DNA of 26,812 bases from an uncultured Gemmatimonadota bacterium (GTDB lineage: Bacteria > Blakebacterota > Blakebacteria > Blakebacterales > Blakebacteraceae), in NCBI GenBank assembly GCA_964576115.1, contig CAZNUA010000002.1:147789-174600 (forward strand). The letters are read 5' to 3'. The position numbers were made by a program, and so were the translations under genes. Below, piece by piece: positions 17,523 through 25,250 of the stretch (positions are counted from its first letter, which is position 1; each line of letters begins with the position of its first letter). The notes under the pieces were generated by a model. That model saw only the letters and a program-made list of their open reading frames with translations. It did no database searches and was not told the origin of the DNA.

Positions 17523-18722
17523 TCAGGATCCGGTCTTCGATCTGCTCCGGGAGAGGCCCGGGAAGGGAGCGGTGATCAGGGTCGGCACCGCTGCCGCGAT
17601 CCAGCCGGCTACCTGGAAAACCCGAAGAAGATAGAGGAAGCCGGCAGGCCAGCGGGCCCGTGCAGGGAAAATCTGGCGCAGGATCTCCGAGCGGGGAAAG
17701 AGAGTCTCGGCCACGAATCGCATCCGCCTGCCCCGTCCGGCGGGTGGCAGATACCAGAGCAGAGCCGTCCAGGCGGGGAGCTGGTTGCCCCGGGTGCGGC
17801 GGTTCAGGAGACGGCGGTCTAAGGCCAGCGCCCCGGTACCCGCTACGGCTCCAGCTAGCCAGCGGTCAACCACGGGCGGGAAGGGGACCGCCAGCATCGC
17901 CCGAAGCAGGGACAGGATCCGGGCTGCGGCCTGCCCCTGGCCGTCGCTTTCGGCCCGGATGAAGAAGGTGGCCCACTGCGATTCGGCCCAGGGGCGGGTC
18001 AGACGGTGGATGTCAACCAACCAGATCGCCTTTCCGAGGTTGTGTTTGAGGGCGTGCAGAGAGAGCAGGAGCACCCGGTCGGCCGGTTCGAGTAGATGGG
18101 TCTGGGCGCCCGCGACCGTGACCGGCCGGGCGGCGGCGAAAATCTCGCTGGCCTCGCGAGCCAGCAGGAACCGGCGGGTTCGGATGCGGTCGGCTCCGAG
18201 GGGATGGGTGTGCAGGTCGACGATCACCCCGTTCCGCTGCCAGGTGGAGGGGTAGAGGGGGAGCGAGGTGTAACCGAGGGAGCGTAACCGGTCGGTCAAC
18301 GCCTTCAGATCGGATGGCTGGATCCAGAGATCGATATCGGACATGTCGCGCAGACCGGGATCATCGTACACGTCCACGAGCAGGGCCATGCCCTTGAGCA
18401 GGACTGTCGGGATCCGTTCGGCGGCCAGCTGACTGAGCAGTTCGCCCAGAGCCGCTGTGCGGAGAAGGTTGTCGCGGGCGATCCGGCGGTAGGTGTTTTC
18501 GAGGTCGCCGCGGATGGCGGGCAACAGGTCAAGAAGGTCGAAATGGATCAGGTTGCGAGCCAGCAGGCCGGTCAGTCCTTCAGTGCGAGCCAGCCGCAGG
18601 AGCCGGACCGGCCTGACGGGATCGCGGCCTTGATCTCCAAGTTCGGCAGCGAGCCGGTCAGCGGCGGTGGGTTCAAGGTCGGCTACAGCGGCCGCGGCCA
18701 GGAATGGGAACTCAGTCGGCAT
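17523..18722 (-). CDS. Nucleotidyltransferase family protein (NTP_transf_5-like; lasso-cluster 'N'-type)
   Basis: 399 aa. Signature VLLKGMAL...YDDPGLRDMSDIDLWI, then VDLHT, LHALKH, WLVDI; start overlaps the methyltransferase stop. Confidence 0.85.
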   Translation of the reverse strand: MPTEFPFLAAAAVADLEPTAADRLAAELGDQGRDPVRPVRLLRLARTEGLTGLLARNLIHFDLLDLLPAIRGDLENTYRRIARDNLLRTAALGELLSQLAAERIPTVLLKGMALLVDVYDDPGLRDMSDIDLWIQPSDLKALTDRLRSLGYTSLPLYPSTWQRNGVIVDLHTHPLGADRIRTRRFLLAREASEIFAAARPVTVAGAQTHLLEPADRVLLLSLHALKHNLGKAIWLVDIHRLTRPWAESQWATFFIRAESDGQGQAAARILSLLRAMLAVPFPPVVDRWLAGAVAGTGALALDRRLLNRRTRGNQLPAWTALLWYLPPAGRGRRMRFVAETLFPRSEILRQIFPARARWPAGFLYLLRVFQVAGWIAAAVPTLITAPFPGLSRSRSKTGS

Positions 18723-19731
18723 CGGTGCCGGAGGGTGGACTCGGGGAGGGGGCAGGAGTGGTGTCGTTGCGGCGGCGGGCGAGATCGGCTGCGGTGATCG
18801 GTGTGCTGAAGAAGCTGGACTGATCGAAATGCAGGGCGGGTTCGTCCTCGCTGCCGGCCGCCCCGATACGAGTCTGCCACCGCCAGGTGTAATCAGAACC
18901 GACGAGCCGGGCCGAGAGCGTAACCTCGACCTCGATCCCGGGGACCAATTCGAGCGGTTCTGGGAAGGGGAAGAAGGTCTGGCCGTAGATCGTCTCGGTC
19001 TCCCCCGGATGGCAGGAGAAACCGATCCCCTCGGCCAGATCGGCCTCGAGCCAGACCAGGATGCCGTGAGCGGTGCCCGCCTCAGCGGGTTGCCAGGCGA
19101 CCCGGCCTTCCAGGTGGGGGCTGGTGAGGCTGAGGTAGTCGAGTTCGGTCCACAGGGCCGGCTTGGAGCGTAGCGCTCCGGCCTCGCGGACCACCCGGTG
19201 CCACGAGCTGGTGATATAGGGAATGAGCGGATCGAGATCGAGGCCCCAGCTTTTCCGGTGCAATCCTTCGGCCAGGGCCAGGTCCTTCGGTCCGGCTTCG
19301 GCCAGGGCGGCGCAGAGTCGGTCGCGGCGGGGGATCTGGTGTCCGGACAGCTTCAGGAGCCGCTGACGGGCATCGGCGATGTCGGTCAGGGCCGTTCCGA
19401 GGGGGGGCAGGATGCCGCGCAGATCGTGCACCAGAATGTCGGCCGGCTCGGGCAGTGTCACCTCCCTCGACCGGGTCTGCAGGAAGGTGATCCGGTCGGC
19501 GAACCCGTTCGCAGCAGCCAGCTCGCGGGCGACCTGGATGGCCGGTGAAGTATCGACGGCCCAGACATGTTCGGCGCCGCACTGACAGGCCAGCAGGGCG
19601 AAAATGCCGGTGCCGCAGCCAAGATCCAAAACCGTCAGGCCCGGTTCGACGGCCTGTCGCAGGGCTTCGCGGTAGGCCCCGGTGCGGACCCGGTCGGCGA
19701 TCATCATCACGTAGTGGGCGACGTCGTACAT
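18712..19731 (-). CDS. PRMT-like class I SAM-dependent protein/peptide methyltransferase
   Basis: Start moved to ATG 19731 (GGAGG RBS); 339 aa. MIADRVRTGAYREAL, VLDLGCGTGIFALLACQCGA, LPEPADILV, then PRMT-type beta-domain features (AHGILVW, YGQTFFP). Confidence 0.8.
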   Translation of the reverse strand: MYDVAHYVMMIADRVRTGAYREALRQAVEPGLTVLDLGCGTGIFALLACQCGAEHVWAVDTSPAIQVARELAAANGFADRITFLQTRSREVTLPEPADILVHDLRGILPPLGTALTDIADARQRLLKLSGHQIPRRDRLCAALAEAGPKDLALAEGLHRKSWGLDLDPLIPYITSSWHRVVREAGALRSKPALWTELDYLSLTSPHLEGRVAWQPAEAGTAHGILVWLEADLAEGIGFSCHPGETETIYGQTFFPFPEPLELVPGIEVEVTLSARLVGSDYTWRWQTRIGAAGSEDEPALHFDQSSFFSTPITAADLARRRNDTTPAPSPSPPSGTDAD

Positions 19732-19923
19732 TGTTTCTGAATCCTCCACTTCGGGGCCGGCTCCGGGCGACGGCGGGGCTCGAGGCCGACTGACTCGACC
19801 CGTGCCAACCGGGGCAGCGGGTCACCGGGTTCCGCTCCCGACCCTGATAACGGTACTATATCACCTGCCGGGAAGGTAAGGTGGAGTTGGCACCGGCGGC
19901 TGCCGGCCGAAGGGGAGGTGGAG

Positions 19924-20130
19924 ATGGCGGTCCAGGACGCCCTGCAGTTCATTGCGCTGGCCGGAACCGATGCGGAGCTGCGCCGGGTTCTCGCAGAGGG
20001 CCGCGACTGCCTCGATCTCGATGCCCTGGTTACCCTGGGCACCGAACGGGGACTCGAATTCACCGCCGATGAGTTCGTCGCCGCCTTCGCTCGCGATAGC
20101 GAGATGCGGCGTCATTTCGCCGGGCCATAG
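19924..20130 (+). CDS. Nif11-like leader-domain small protein
   Basis: 68 aa from ATG 19924 with strong GGGGAGG RBS. ALQFIALAGTDAELRRVL...DALVTLGTERGLEFTADEF resembles the Nif11 pattern (F...D..L...L...vv.iA.e.G..FT.eel). Confidence 0.65.
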   Translation: MAVQDALQFIALAGTDAELRRVLAEGRDCLDLDALVTLGTERGLEFTADEFVAAFARDSEMRRHFAGP

Positions 20131-20170
20131 CAGCCTGTCGGAGTATCCGGCGCAGACCGCAGCCGGTGGA

Positions 20171-21283
20171 TTACTCCGACAGGCTCCTGCCCCAGGTGTG
20201 ATAGAATTCCAGATATGCCTTGCAGCCGAGCGACCCCTCCGGTTGGACCGAGAGCTTGATGTGGTTCAGACGGCGACGCAGCAGGCTGAATTCCCGTGGC
20301 CCGCGCAGCAGGGAGGCGATCATCAACGGGACCGGCCACCGGCCCGAAGTTGAGCCGGGATCGACCTGACCGGGCCAGGCAAGCAGACCCGCCCGCGCCG
20401 CCTCGTCGCAGCACCCGAGGTCACCCAGGCTCTCCAGCAACGGCGGCCACTCCAGTCCCCCCTCCGGCCGCTGTCTCGGCAGGCATTCGAGGCCGTTGAC
20501 AGACACACCGGTACCGCAGAAGTCCAGAGCCAGCACCGCGTTGTCGATGACCCCGTCCAGAAACGCCAGGGCCGAGGCCAGGGGCGGCGCGAGCGCTGCT
20601 GAACCGCAGGCATTCAGAAAGGGATTGATCGTGGCCGGTTCCAGCCCCCAGAGATTGAGCCGCAGCACCCAACCGGGACGGGAGGTCATGGTCCCGGCGT
20701 GCACGATCGCAGCCCCTTCGGGCAGAGCGGCACGGCAGACCTGCAGACCCTCTGCCGCTGCCGGCGACGGAGAGGATTCGTGAAGAATGTCCAGGATACG
20801 GGTGGTGAAGGTGAATCGCTCCGGACCGGCCACGGCTCCGACTCCTGTTTCTGTGAACGACCAGAACACAGCCGGCGGCGGGATCTGTTCGGGGGGACCG
20901 GTGAGATCGAATTCCAGCCCGAGCCGGGCGATCGCCCGGTGTAGAGAAGAAGTGGAATCGACCCAGATCCGGCTCAGCTGCCGAAGGCGTTCCCACACCC
21001 GGAAATCAGATGCGCTGAGCCGGGCGATCGGGGCGTCGAACAGGGTCGGGGCCTCGGCGGGGCCGGTAGCGCCCTGGTGCAGATCCACCCGTCCTCCGGC
21101 AGCATCGCGACTCGATCGCGGTTCGAGATCGATCTCGAAGCCCCCCCACCAGAGCGGAGCCAGATGTCGCGCCAGGGAGCGCAGGCGGGCGAAGGTCTGG
21201 TCGGAGACCAGGCGAGAGGAGAGGGCCGGCCGCAGCAGGGGGAAAGCATCGGACAGGGAAGCGGGTGAGGAAGGCGTGTCCAT
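20171..21283 (-). CDS. Hypothetical protein in the lasso operon (possible ABBA/PT-barrel-like enzyme)
   Basis: 370 aa; starts 5 nt after the kinase stop. Motif-like segments GFEIDL, LGLEFDL, GTMTSR...LRLNL, LALDF, GLEC, RRLNHIKL...KAYL. The ORF is credible; the function is inference. Confidence 0.65.
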   Translation of the reverse strand: MDTPSSPASLSDAFPLLRPALSSRLVSDQTFARLRSLARHLAPLWWGGFEIDLEPRSSRDAAGGRVDLHQGATGPAEAPTLFDAPIARLSASDFRVWERLRQLSRIWVDSTSSLHRAIARLGLEFDLTGPPEQIPPPAVFWSFTETGVGAVAGPERFTFTTRILDILHESSPSPAAAEGLQVCRAALPEGAAIVHAGTMTSRPGWVLRLNLWGLEPATINPFLNACGSAALAPPLASALAFLDGVIDNAVLALDFCGTGVSVNGLECLPRQRPEGGLEWPPLLESLGDLGCCDEAARAGLLAWPGQVDPGSTSGRWPVPLMIASLLRGPREFSLLRRRLNHIKLSVQPEGSLGCKAYLEFYHTWGRSLSE

Positions 21284-21288
21284 GGGGT

Positions 21289-22263
21289 TCAGAGCGACTC
21301 GAGATCAGACCGGATGAGAGCGTAGAGTTCGTCGGGGGAAAGCATTGCATGGGCCGCTCCCCCTATCGAGCGAAGCGGGACGGTCTCCAGGAGCCGGCCC
21401 ATGACCTCAAGGTCGTGGATTCGCATCCCCCGGTCGAGGAGATACCAGGAATAGGCGTGACGGGTCAGCGTCAGGAGAGCCTCGTGGCCGGTGACCGTGG
21501 TGATGGTGATCTCCGGCGCATCGGGCACATGGCGGGCTGTATAGATCACCGCCGGCGGCAGGGGAGTGGCCTGGAAACGACCCCCTTCTCCGTCCAGAGC
21601 CAGGTAGCGTTTGTCCCAGGTTGGGTGCCGGGGGGTGATACGCGGCAGGGCGTCGGCCGAACCGAAGAGCAGATCGACCGCGGCCGGCCAGAGGGCGATC
21701 CGGGCTACCCCCGGTTGGATCCGGATCGGGGGCGGCTCGTCGTGCAGGACCGCGATATCGTCGGTCAGCACTGGGTGGCCTCGGGTGGCGAAGAGGGCCG
21801 CCAGAGTCGATTTGCCAAATCCGGCCTCGGCCAGAAATGCCACACCCCTGCCGTCGACGGCCACCGCACTGGCGTGCAGGCAGACCCGGCTGCGCCGGCG
21901 CAGAACGAAACCGAACACGGGCCCGAGCAGGTAGGGAAAGGCATCTTCGGGAGTCAGCGATTCCGGCCACCACCCCGCGATCCGCTCCGCGCTCTCATCG
22001 ATATCGAAGACCACTTCGTCGGCATACCGGAAGCGGTACGTCTGAACCGTGGTAGAGTACCGCACTTGGAGCAGGGGCGGATCGTCGTCGCCGGGACCGG
22101 GCAGGGTACGGATCAGGTCGGCATCTGCCGGGGCCGGGTCGGGCTCTCCCGGCTGCAGGGATATTGTCAGGTCGGGGGGAGCGTCGGCCGGCGGCTCAAG
22201 ACAGCCGGGCAGGGGTAGATTTGATTCACAGACGAGTCCGAACGCCAGTGCGCGGAAGGTCAT
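21289..22263 (-). CDS. HPr kinase-like P-loop kinase (lasso peptide kinase-type)
   Basis: 324 aa. CLHASAV...FLAEAGFGKSTLA...HPVLTDDIAVL gives the His, Walker A and DD motifs of the HprK-like family; immediately downstream of the precursor. Confidence 0.85.
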   Translation of the reverse strand: MTFRALAFGLVCESNLPLPGCLEPPADAPPDLTISLQPGEPDPAPADADLIRTLPGPGDDDPPLLQVRYSTTVQTYRFRYADEVVFDIDESAERIAGWWPESLTPEDAFPYLLGPVFGFVLRRRSRVCLHASAVAVDGRGVAFLAEAGFGKSTLAALFATRGHPVLTDDIAVLHDEPPPIRIQPGVARIALWPAAVDLLFGSADALPRITPRHPTWDKRYLALDGEGGRFQATPLPPAVIYTARHVPDAPEITITTVTGHEALLTLTRHAYSWYLLDRGMRIHDLEVMGRLLETVPLRSIGGAAHAMLSPDELYALIRSDLESL

Positions 22264-22294
22264 GCAGGGCTATCACACGATCGCCGGCCCGGAC

Positions 22295-22444
22295 TCAGGC
22301 GGTCTTCACCTTGCCGTAGGCCCCGCCGCCGTCGGTATTCTTCAACGTTCCGGTCGACTCGGTCAGATCGAGGGCATCGCCGTATTCGGTCAGGTGCGGC
22401 TCGTGGTAGTCCTGCTTCGGTTCCCTTTCCCTGTCGCTGTCCAT
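22295..22444 (-). CDS. Lasso peptide precursor (A)
   Basis: Translated by hand: MDSDREREPKQDYHEPHLTEYGDALDLTE-STGTLKNTDGGGAYGKVKTA (49 aa). Exact YxxPxLxxxGxxxxxT leader, Thr at -2, Asp at core position 9. An in-frame ATG at 22462 (55 aa, ATGA overlap with the cyclase stop) is an alternative start. Confidence 0.9.
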   Translation of the reverse strand: MDSDREREPKQDYHEPHLTEYGDALDLTESTGTLKNTDGGGAYGKVKTA

Positions 22445-22458
22445 TCCACTCACATCCT

Positions 22459-24318
22459 TCATGCGGCTGGCGGATGATGTCGGCGCAGAGCGGCGAGCCA
22501 GCGGGCCAGGACGAGCGGGCGGTTCACCCAGCCGGCTTCCTCGGCCCGCAGCCGCTCCGGGTGTTCCAATAATAGCAGAAAGCGGGGGAAATCAACATAG
22601 CGGGATAGGTTCCGTTGGAAGGTATCCAGATCGAGCCCGACAATTTGCTCGCGGTCCAGGCGGGCCATGACCGGGATATCGGGCAGGGGCGCCTTGGGGC
22701 GGTCGACGACCGCGGCGGGAAGGCGATCGGTCAGAACATGCCGGATGATCTGTTTGTCCACACACCAGGGCACGGGGGGCAGAGCGAGCAGGAAGGCGAT
22801 CAGGCGCAGGTCGAAGAAGGGGTGACGAAGTTCGGCCTGCAGACCTGTAACGCCGGGATCGAAGCTCTCGAACAGGTGCGGCCAGAGCGGCAGGGAGAGG
22901 TAGCGGTGCGCCTCGGAGCGCAGCGTGGCGGCCGGGACGGTGGCCTGCATCATCGCTCGCCACCGGCCCCGGGTATCGAGACGGGCGGCGAAATCGTGCT
23001 CGAACCAGGGGGGATAGAGATCGTCATTTCCCGGCTGGGGAGCTCTGAACCAGAGCCCGAGGGCGCGCCGCAGACCGAGCCGCGGCCAGCGGCCCTGCCT
23101 GAGGCGGTAGCGCAACGCTCGCCACGGCAACCCGCCGCAGAGGGCGTGGCGCAGGAAGGCGCCGGCGTGCGCGGGACCGGGATGCAGAGCGGGATCACCG
23201 CCGTGGCCGGTCAGACCCACCCGGAAGCCGGCGAACGAGGTCATGGTCCGCACGATCGACGGCACGCCCGCACCGATTCCTTGCAGTTCGGGCGGAACCG
23301 CGACGGAAACCGGACCGGACCGCAACAGATCCTCGTCGTCGTCGGCGGCCGCGACCAGGTGCGGCAGCGCCAGGGCGGTCGCGACTTCGGCGGCGTAGCT
23401 GGCGGTCTCGTCCTCGATCAGGCGTTCGTAGACGAAGGTGCAGGCCTGCAGGGCGCAGCCCGGATCGGTGCTCTCAGCGATCTCCCGGGCGACGGCGGCC
23501 ACCAGGGCTGAATCGAGCCCTCCGCTGAGAAGGATCCCGGCCCGGTCGGGAGGCAGACGGTCCCTGATAGCGCGCGTCATGAGGTGCGTGAAATGCTCGG
23601 TGTACTCCCCGGGCCGGCGGTAGTGCAGCAGGGGAGGTGTAGGCAGTTCCCAGTAGCGCCGGACCTTCAACCCCTCAGCCGCCGACCAGGTCAGGGTGTG
23701 GCCTGGGGGGAGCCGGCGGATGGCCGTATAGGCGGTTCGGTCCGGTTCGGGGGTAAAACCGAAGAGGAGGTAATCGGCCAGAGCCGCCTCATCGGGGTCG
23801 GGATCGATCCCGGGATGAGACAGCAGGCAGGCCGGGGTATTGCTGACCTGTACGCCGCCGTCGGCCGTGGCGTAGTAGAATGGCTTGATGCCGAACCGGT
23901 CGCGAGCGCCGAAGAGGATCTGTTCGATGCTGTCCCAGATAAGGAAGGCGAAATCCCCGAGCAGGTGTTCGACACAACTTTCACGCCACACCGACCAGGC
24001 ATGCAGGGCCAGTTTGCCGTCGCTGGTGGCGGCGGGCACGGTGCGGCCGGCTGCGGCCAGGGCTTCCCGCAGCACCTCGCGGGCGTCGAGGCGCAGATCG
24101 CCCGTCAGCCGGATCCCCGGATCGAGGCTCCACGGCCGGCGGGGGGACGGGGCTGAATCCCCGGTGTCGAGGTGGGTGTAACCCAAGCCGGCCGGGCCCT
24201 CCTGCCAATTGAATCCTCCGTCCGGTCCGCGCCCGGCCAGGGTCTGTGTCATCGCCTCGAGGATTGCTGGGGACAGGCTGACGTCAGCGGGTGCAACGAG
24301 GCCGCAGAAACCGCTCAC
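22459..24318 (-). CDS. Lasso cyclase (C; asparagine synthetase-like)
   Basis: 619 aa; GTG start overlaps the B2 stop. Begins MSGFCG, lacking the position-2 catalytic Cys of AsnB. Motifs RGPDG, GDFAF, ARDRFGIKPFYY, LSGGLDS, LTGHGGD, HPFFDLRL, RPKAP. Confidence 0.9.
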   Translation of the reverse strand: MSGFCGLVAPADVSLSPAILEAMTQTLAGRGPDGGFNWQEGPAGLGYTHLDTGDSAPSPRRPWSLDPGIRLTGDLRLDAREVLREALAAAGRTVPAATSDGKLALHAWSVWRESCVEHLLGDFAFLIWDSIEQILFGARDRFGIKPFYYATADGGVQVSNTPACLLSHPGIDPDPDEAALADYLLFGFTPEPDRTAYTAIRRLPPGHTLTWSAAEGLKVRRYWELPTPPLLHYRRPGEYTEHFTHLMTRAIRDRLPPDRAGILLSGGLDSALVAAVAREIAESTDPGCALQACTFVYERLIEDETASYAAEVATALALPHLVAAADDDEDLLRSGPVSVAVPPELQGIGAGVPSIVRTMTSFAGFRVGLTGHGGDPALHPGPAHAGAFLRHALCGGLPWRALRYRLRQGRWPRLGLRRALGLWFRAPQPGNDDLYPPWFEHDFAARLDTRGRWRAMMQATVPAATLRSEAHRYLSLPLWPHLFESFDPGVTGLQAELRHPFFDLRLIAFLLALPPVPWCVDKQIIRHVLTDRLPAAVVDRPKAPLPDIPVMARLDREQIVGLDLDTFQRNLSRYVDFPRFLLLLEHPERLRAEEAGWVNRPLVLARWLAALRRHHPPAA

Positions 24319-24812
24319 AGCCTGTCTCCGGAGGGTTCCGGCCGTTGGGTTCCGGGTGGTTCGAAGGGGGTATACATGCGGTTGATCCCCGCTTCATCGG
24401 TCAGCGGTTCACCGGCATACTCGACCCAGGCGTGGGACTGCAGTCGGCCGGTGATGGTTCTGACGCCCAGTTTTAGTTCGGCGGCCAGACCCCGGCGATG
24501 CAGGGATCGGGTCACGGCGATCGCCTCGACCAGGCAGTTGACACGACGGGGGGCGTAGCCGTCCGTGATCCGACGGATCTCGGCCGCTGCCGCTCGGGCG
24601 TGCTCCGGCTCGGTTCCGGAACCGGGATTGGAGCCGGAGTCGGGTTCGGAGGCTTCCTGCAGAGCGCGGGTTCGGCAGGTGAGTCGGGTATAGAGACGGT
24701 GCAGGCCGAGGAGGTGGAGTTCGATTCGGATCAGAGCCAGGGAGAGCAGGATTCCGATCACGCGTCGGGGTGAGGGCGGGGGGGGAGCGGCGGATGAGGG
24801 CTCAGCCTTCAT
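24315..24812 (-). CDS. Lasso leader peptidase (B2; transglutaminase-like)
   Basis: 165 aa from ATG 24812. NCLVEAIAV...LKLGVR...LQSHAWVE supplies the catalytic Cys/His motifs. Confidence 0.9.
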   Translation of the reverse strand: MKAEPSSAAPPPPSPRRVIGILLSLALIRIELHLLGLHRLYTRLTCRTRALQEASEPDSGSNPGSGTEPEHARAAAAEIRRITDGYAPRRVNCLVEAIAVTRSLHRRGLAAELKLGVRTITGRLQSHAWVEYAGEPLTDEAGINRMYTPFEPPGTQRPEPSGDRL

Positions 24813-25086
24813 GGAGCACAAGCAGGGCCCTGTCGCTCAGGCGCTCGAGCAGTCGGACCAGATCGGCCTCCAGGGTATCGCGGTCGACGTCGTAGACCTC
24901 TAGCAGACGGTCAGCGGCGGCACGGCCCGATCCGATCCCGGTCAGGGCCAGCCACATGGCGGTGCCCACATCGTCGAGGCCGTAGTACCGCTCCGCATCC
25001 AGATCGAGGATGACCATTTCGTTCTCGATCCGGCGGAAGAGCACGTGCTCGGGAACCGTAATCCGTTTCGAGAGAAGCACGTTCAT
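24802..25086 (-). CDS. Lasso RiPP recognition element (B1; PqqD family)
   Basis: 94 aa; AAGGAAAGG RBS. EMVILDL...YYGLDDVGTAMW...LLEVYDVD...LEADLVRLLERL is the PqqD/RRE pattern. Confidence 0.92.
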   Translation of the reverse strand: MNVLLSKRITVPEHVLFRRIENEMVILDLDAERYYGLDDVGTAMWLALTGIGSGRAAADRLLEVYDVDRDTLEADLVRLLERLSDRALLVLHEG

Positions 25087-25250
25087 CGAGTCACCTTTCC
25101 TTGCCTGAATCTATCACGGTACCGTCCGGCTGTCGCGGGCGAAGCGAGGGATCGGCTTTCGTGGTCGGATGAGGACTGTATTGTATTCTCGGGTTACAGG
25201 GAAATGAACGGGTGGCCCAGAGGTTGTGAGACGGATCGGAATCGAGATCG

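Noticed and set aside
19790-19904. Sigma-54 promoters at the TTGGCAC motifs on both strands
   Set aside because: The required GG-N10-GC spacing fails: it is off by one on the plus strand and reads GT on the minus strand.
21289-22263. Canonical hprK
   Set aside because: The N-terminal region does not resemble HprK, there is no PTS context, and it lies next to a lasso precursor.
22459-24318. Housekeeping asparagine synthetase (asnB) or EPS amidotransferase
   Set aside because: It lacks the position-2 catalytic Cys and is coupled to B1, B2 and a lasso precursor, so a lasso cyclase fits better.
24802-25086. pqqD of PQQ biosynthesis
   Set aside because: No pqqA/B/C/E genes are present; the context shows a lasso RRE.
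25176-25208. CTGTA-N14-TACAG repeat and TACAAT -10-like hexamer in the B1/GT4 divergent spacer
   Set aside because: The location is plausible, but the arms are short and the -35 (TTCATT) is weak, so it cannot be told from chance.
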